A stretch of DNA of 63,237 nt, filler included, from Octopus bimaculoides (lineage: Eukaryota), in NCBI RefSeq assembly GCF_001194135.2. It is 6 parts of 4 records of this genome, joined end to end, with 100 filler letters (N's around TTAATTAATTAA, not from the genome) between each part and the next. Parts side by side here need not be neighbours in the genome. Positions count along the whole stretch, not along the records: positions 53,971 to 63,237 come from NC_068996.1; 5 more parts are not named here. The stretch is one strand, 5' to 3'. Each line of letters begins with the position of its first letter. Positions within the stretch are counted from its first letter, which is position 1. Under the pieces are notes generated by a model. The model saw only the letters and a program-made list of their open reading frames with translations. It did not search any database and was not told the DNA's origin. Made by a program: the position numbers and the translations under genes. Below, piece by piece: positions 62,861 to 63,237 of this stretch.

Positions 62861-63237
62861 GGTCCACATAGCAGCCAAAGGTTAGCTGTTATCTGCTAAT
62901 TTCGAATGTATGTATATATATAATAAAGGGGAGAGAAATTTTACTGGAATGTACACTACACACCAGCCTCACAAGTCATTTTGTGGGAGACAAAATAGAC
63001 GATAAAAGGAAGATATTTCTGTAGCGAAGAGGTGAACAAAGTTGCGTAGCCAGGAAAACTTGATGTGTAAACGTGATGAACCTACGTCCAGCTAAGTGGA
63101 AATTACGGGAATGCGAAAAATCAAGGTACATAAGAGAATATTGGCTGCTGTGAGAATGAGCAGTGCCACGAATTTACTTGCAAAACAGTGAGTCATTCGT
63201 AGAAGCAAAGGCTGTAGGTGCTAGAAAAGCGACAGTG

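Overview
Repeat-dense, AT-rich eukaryotic genomic scaffold with many N-gaps, a heavy load of di-, tri- and tetranucleotide microsatellites and artificial TTAATTAATTAA gap linkers. The SINE families and microsatellite load look like a coleoid cephalopod (Octopus-like) genome; this is recognition and inference, not a database result. No complete host gene can be supported. The window is a layered graveyard of mobile elements: a near full-length but disabled Ty3/Gypsy LTR retrotransposon of CsRn1-like type (53971-59579, minus); two R4/Dong-like RLE-endonuclease LINE relics, one with a same-family 3' fragment apparently inserted into it; several Penelope-like (RT/GIY-YIG) relics; CR1- and RTE-like LINE fragments; Tc1/mariner relics; a hAT-like MITE; two non-autonomous Helitron-like elements; and more than 20 tRNA-derived SINE copies or fragments from about 5 families. 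The most notable signals are a minimal hammerhead-ribozyme-like motif (43904-43941), an R4-into-R4 insertion with an apparent target-site duplication, two short ORFs 8 kb apart sharing MA-x5-RRNIL plus a hydrophobic segment but with different codons, a LINE 3' end encoding two perfect C2H2 fingers between (TATG)n tracts, several long fold-back palindromes, and an 80-bp minisatellite split by a CR1-like LINE. Most ORFs in the supplied track are microsatellite or N-gap artefacts.
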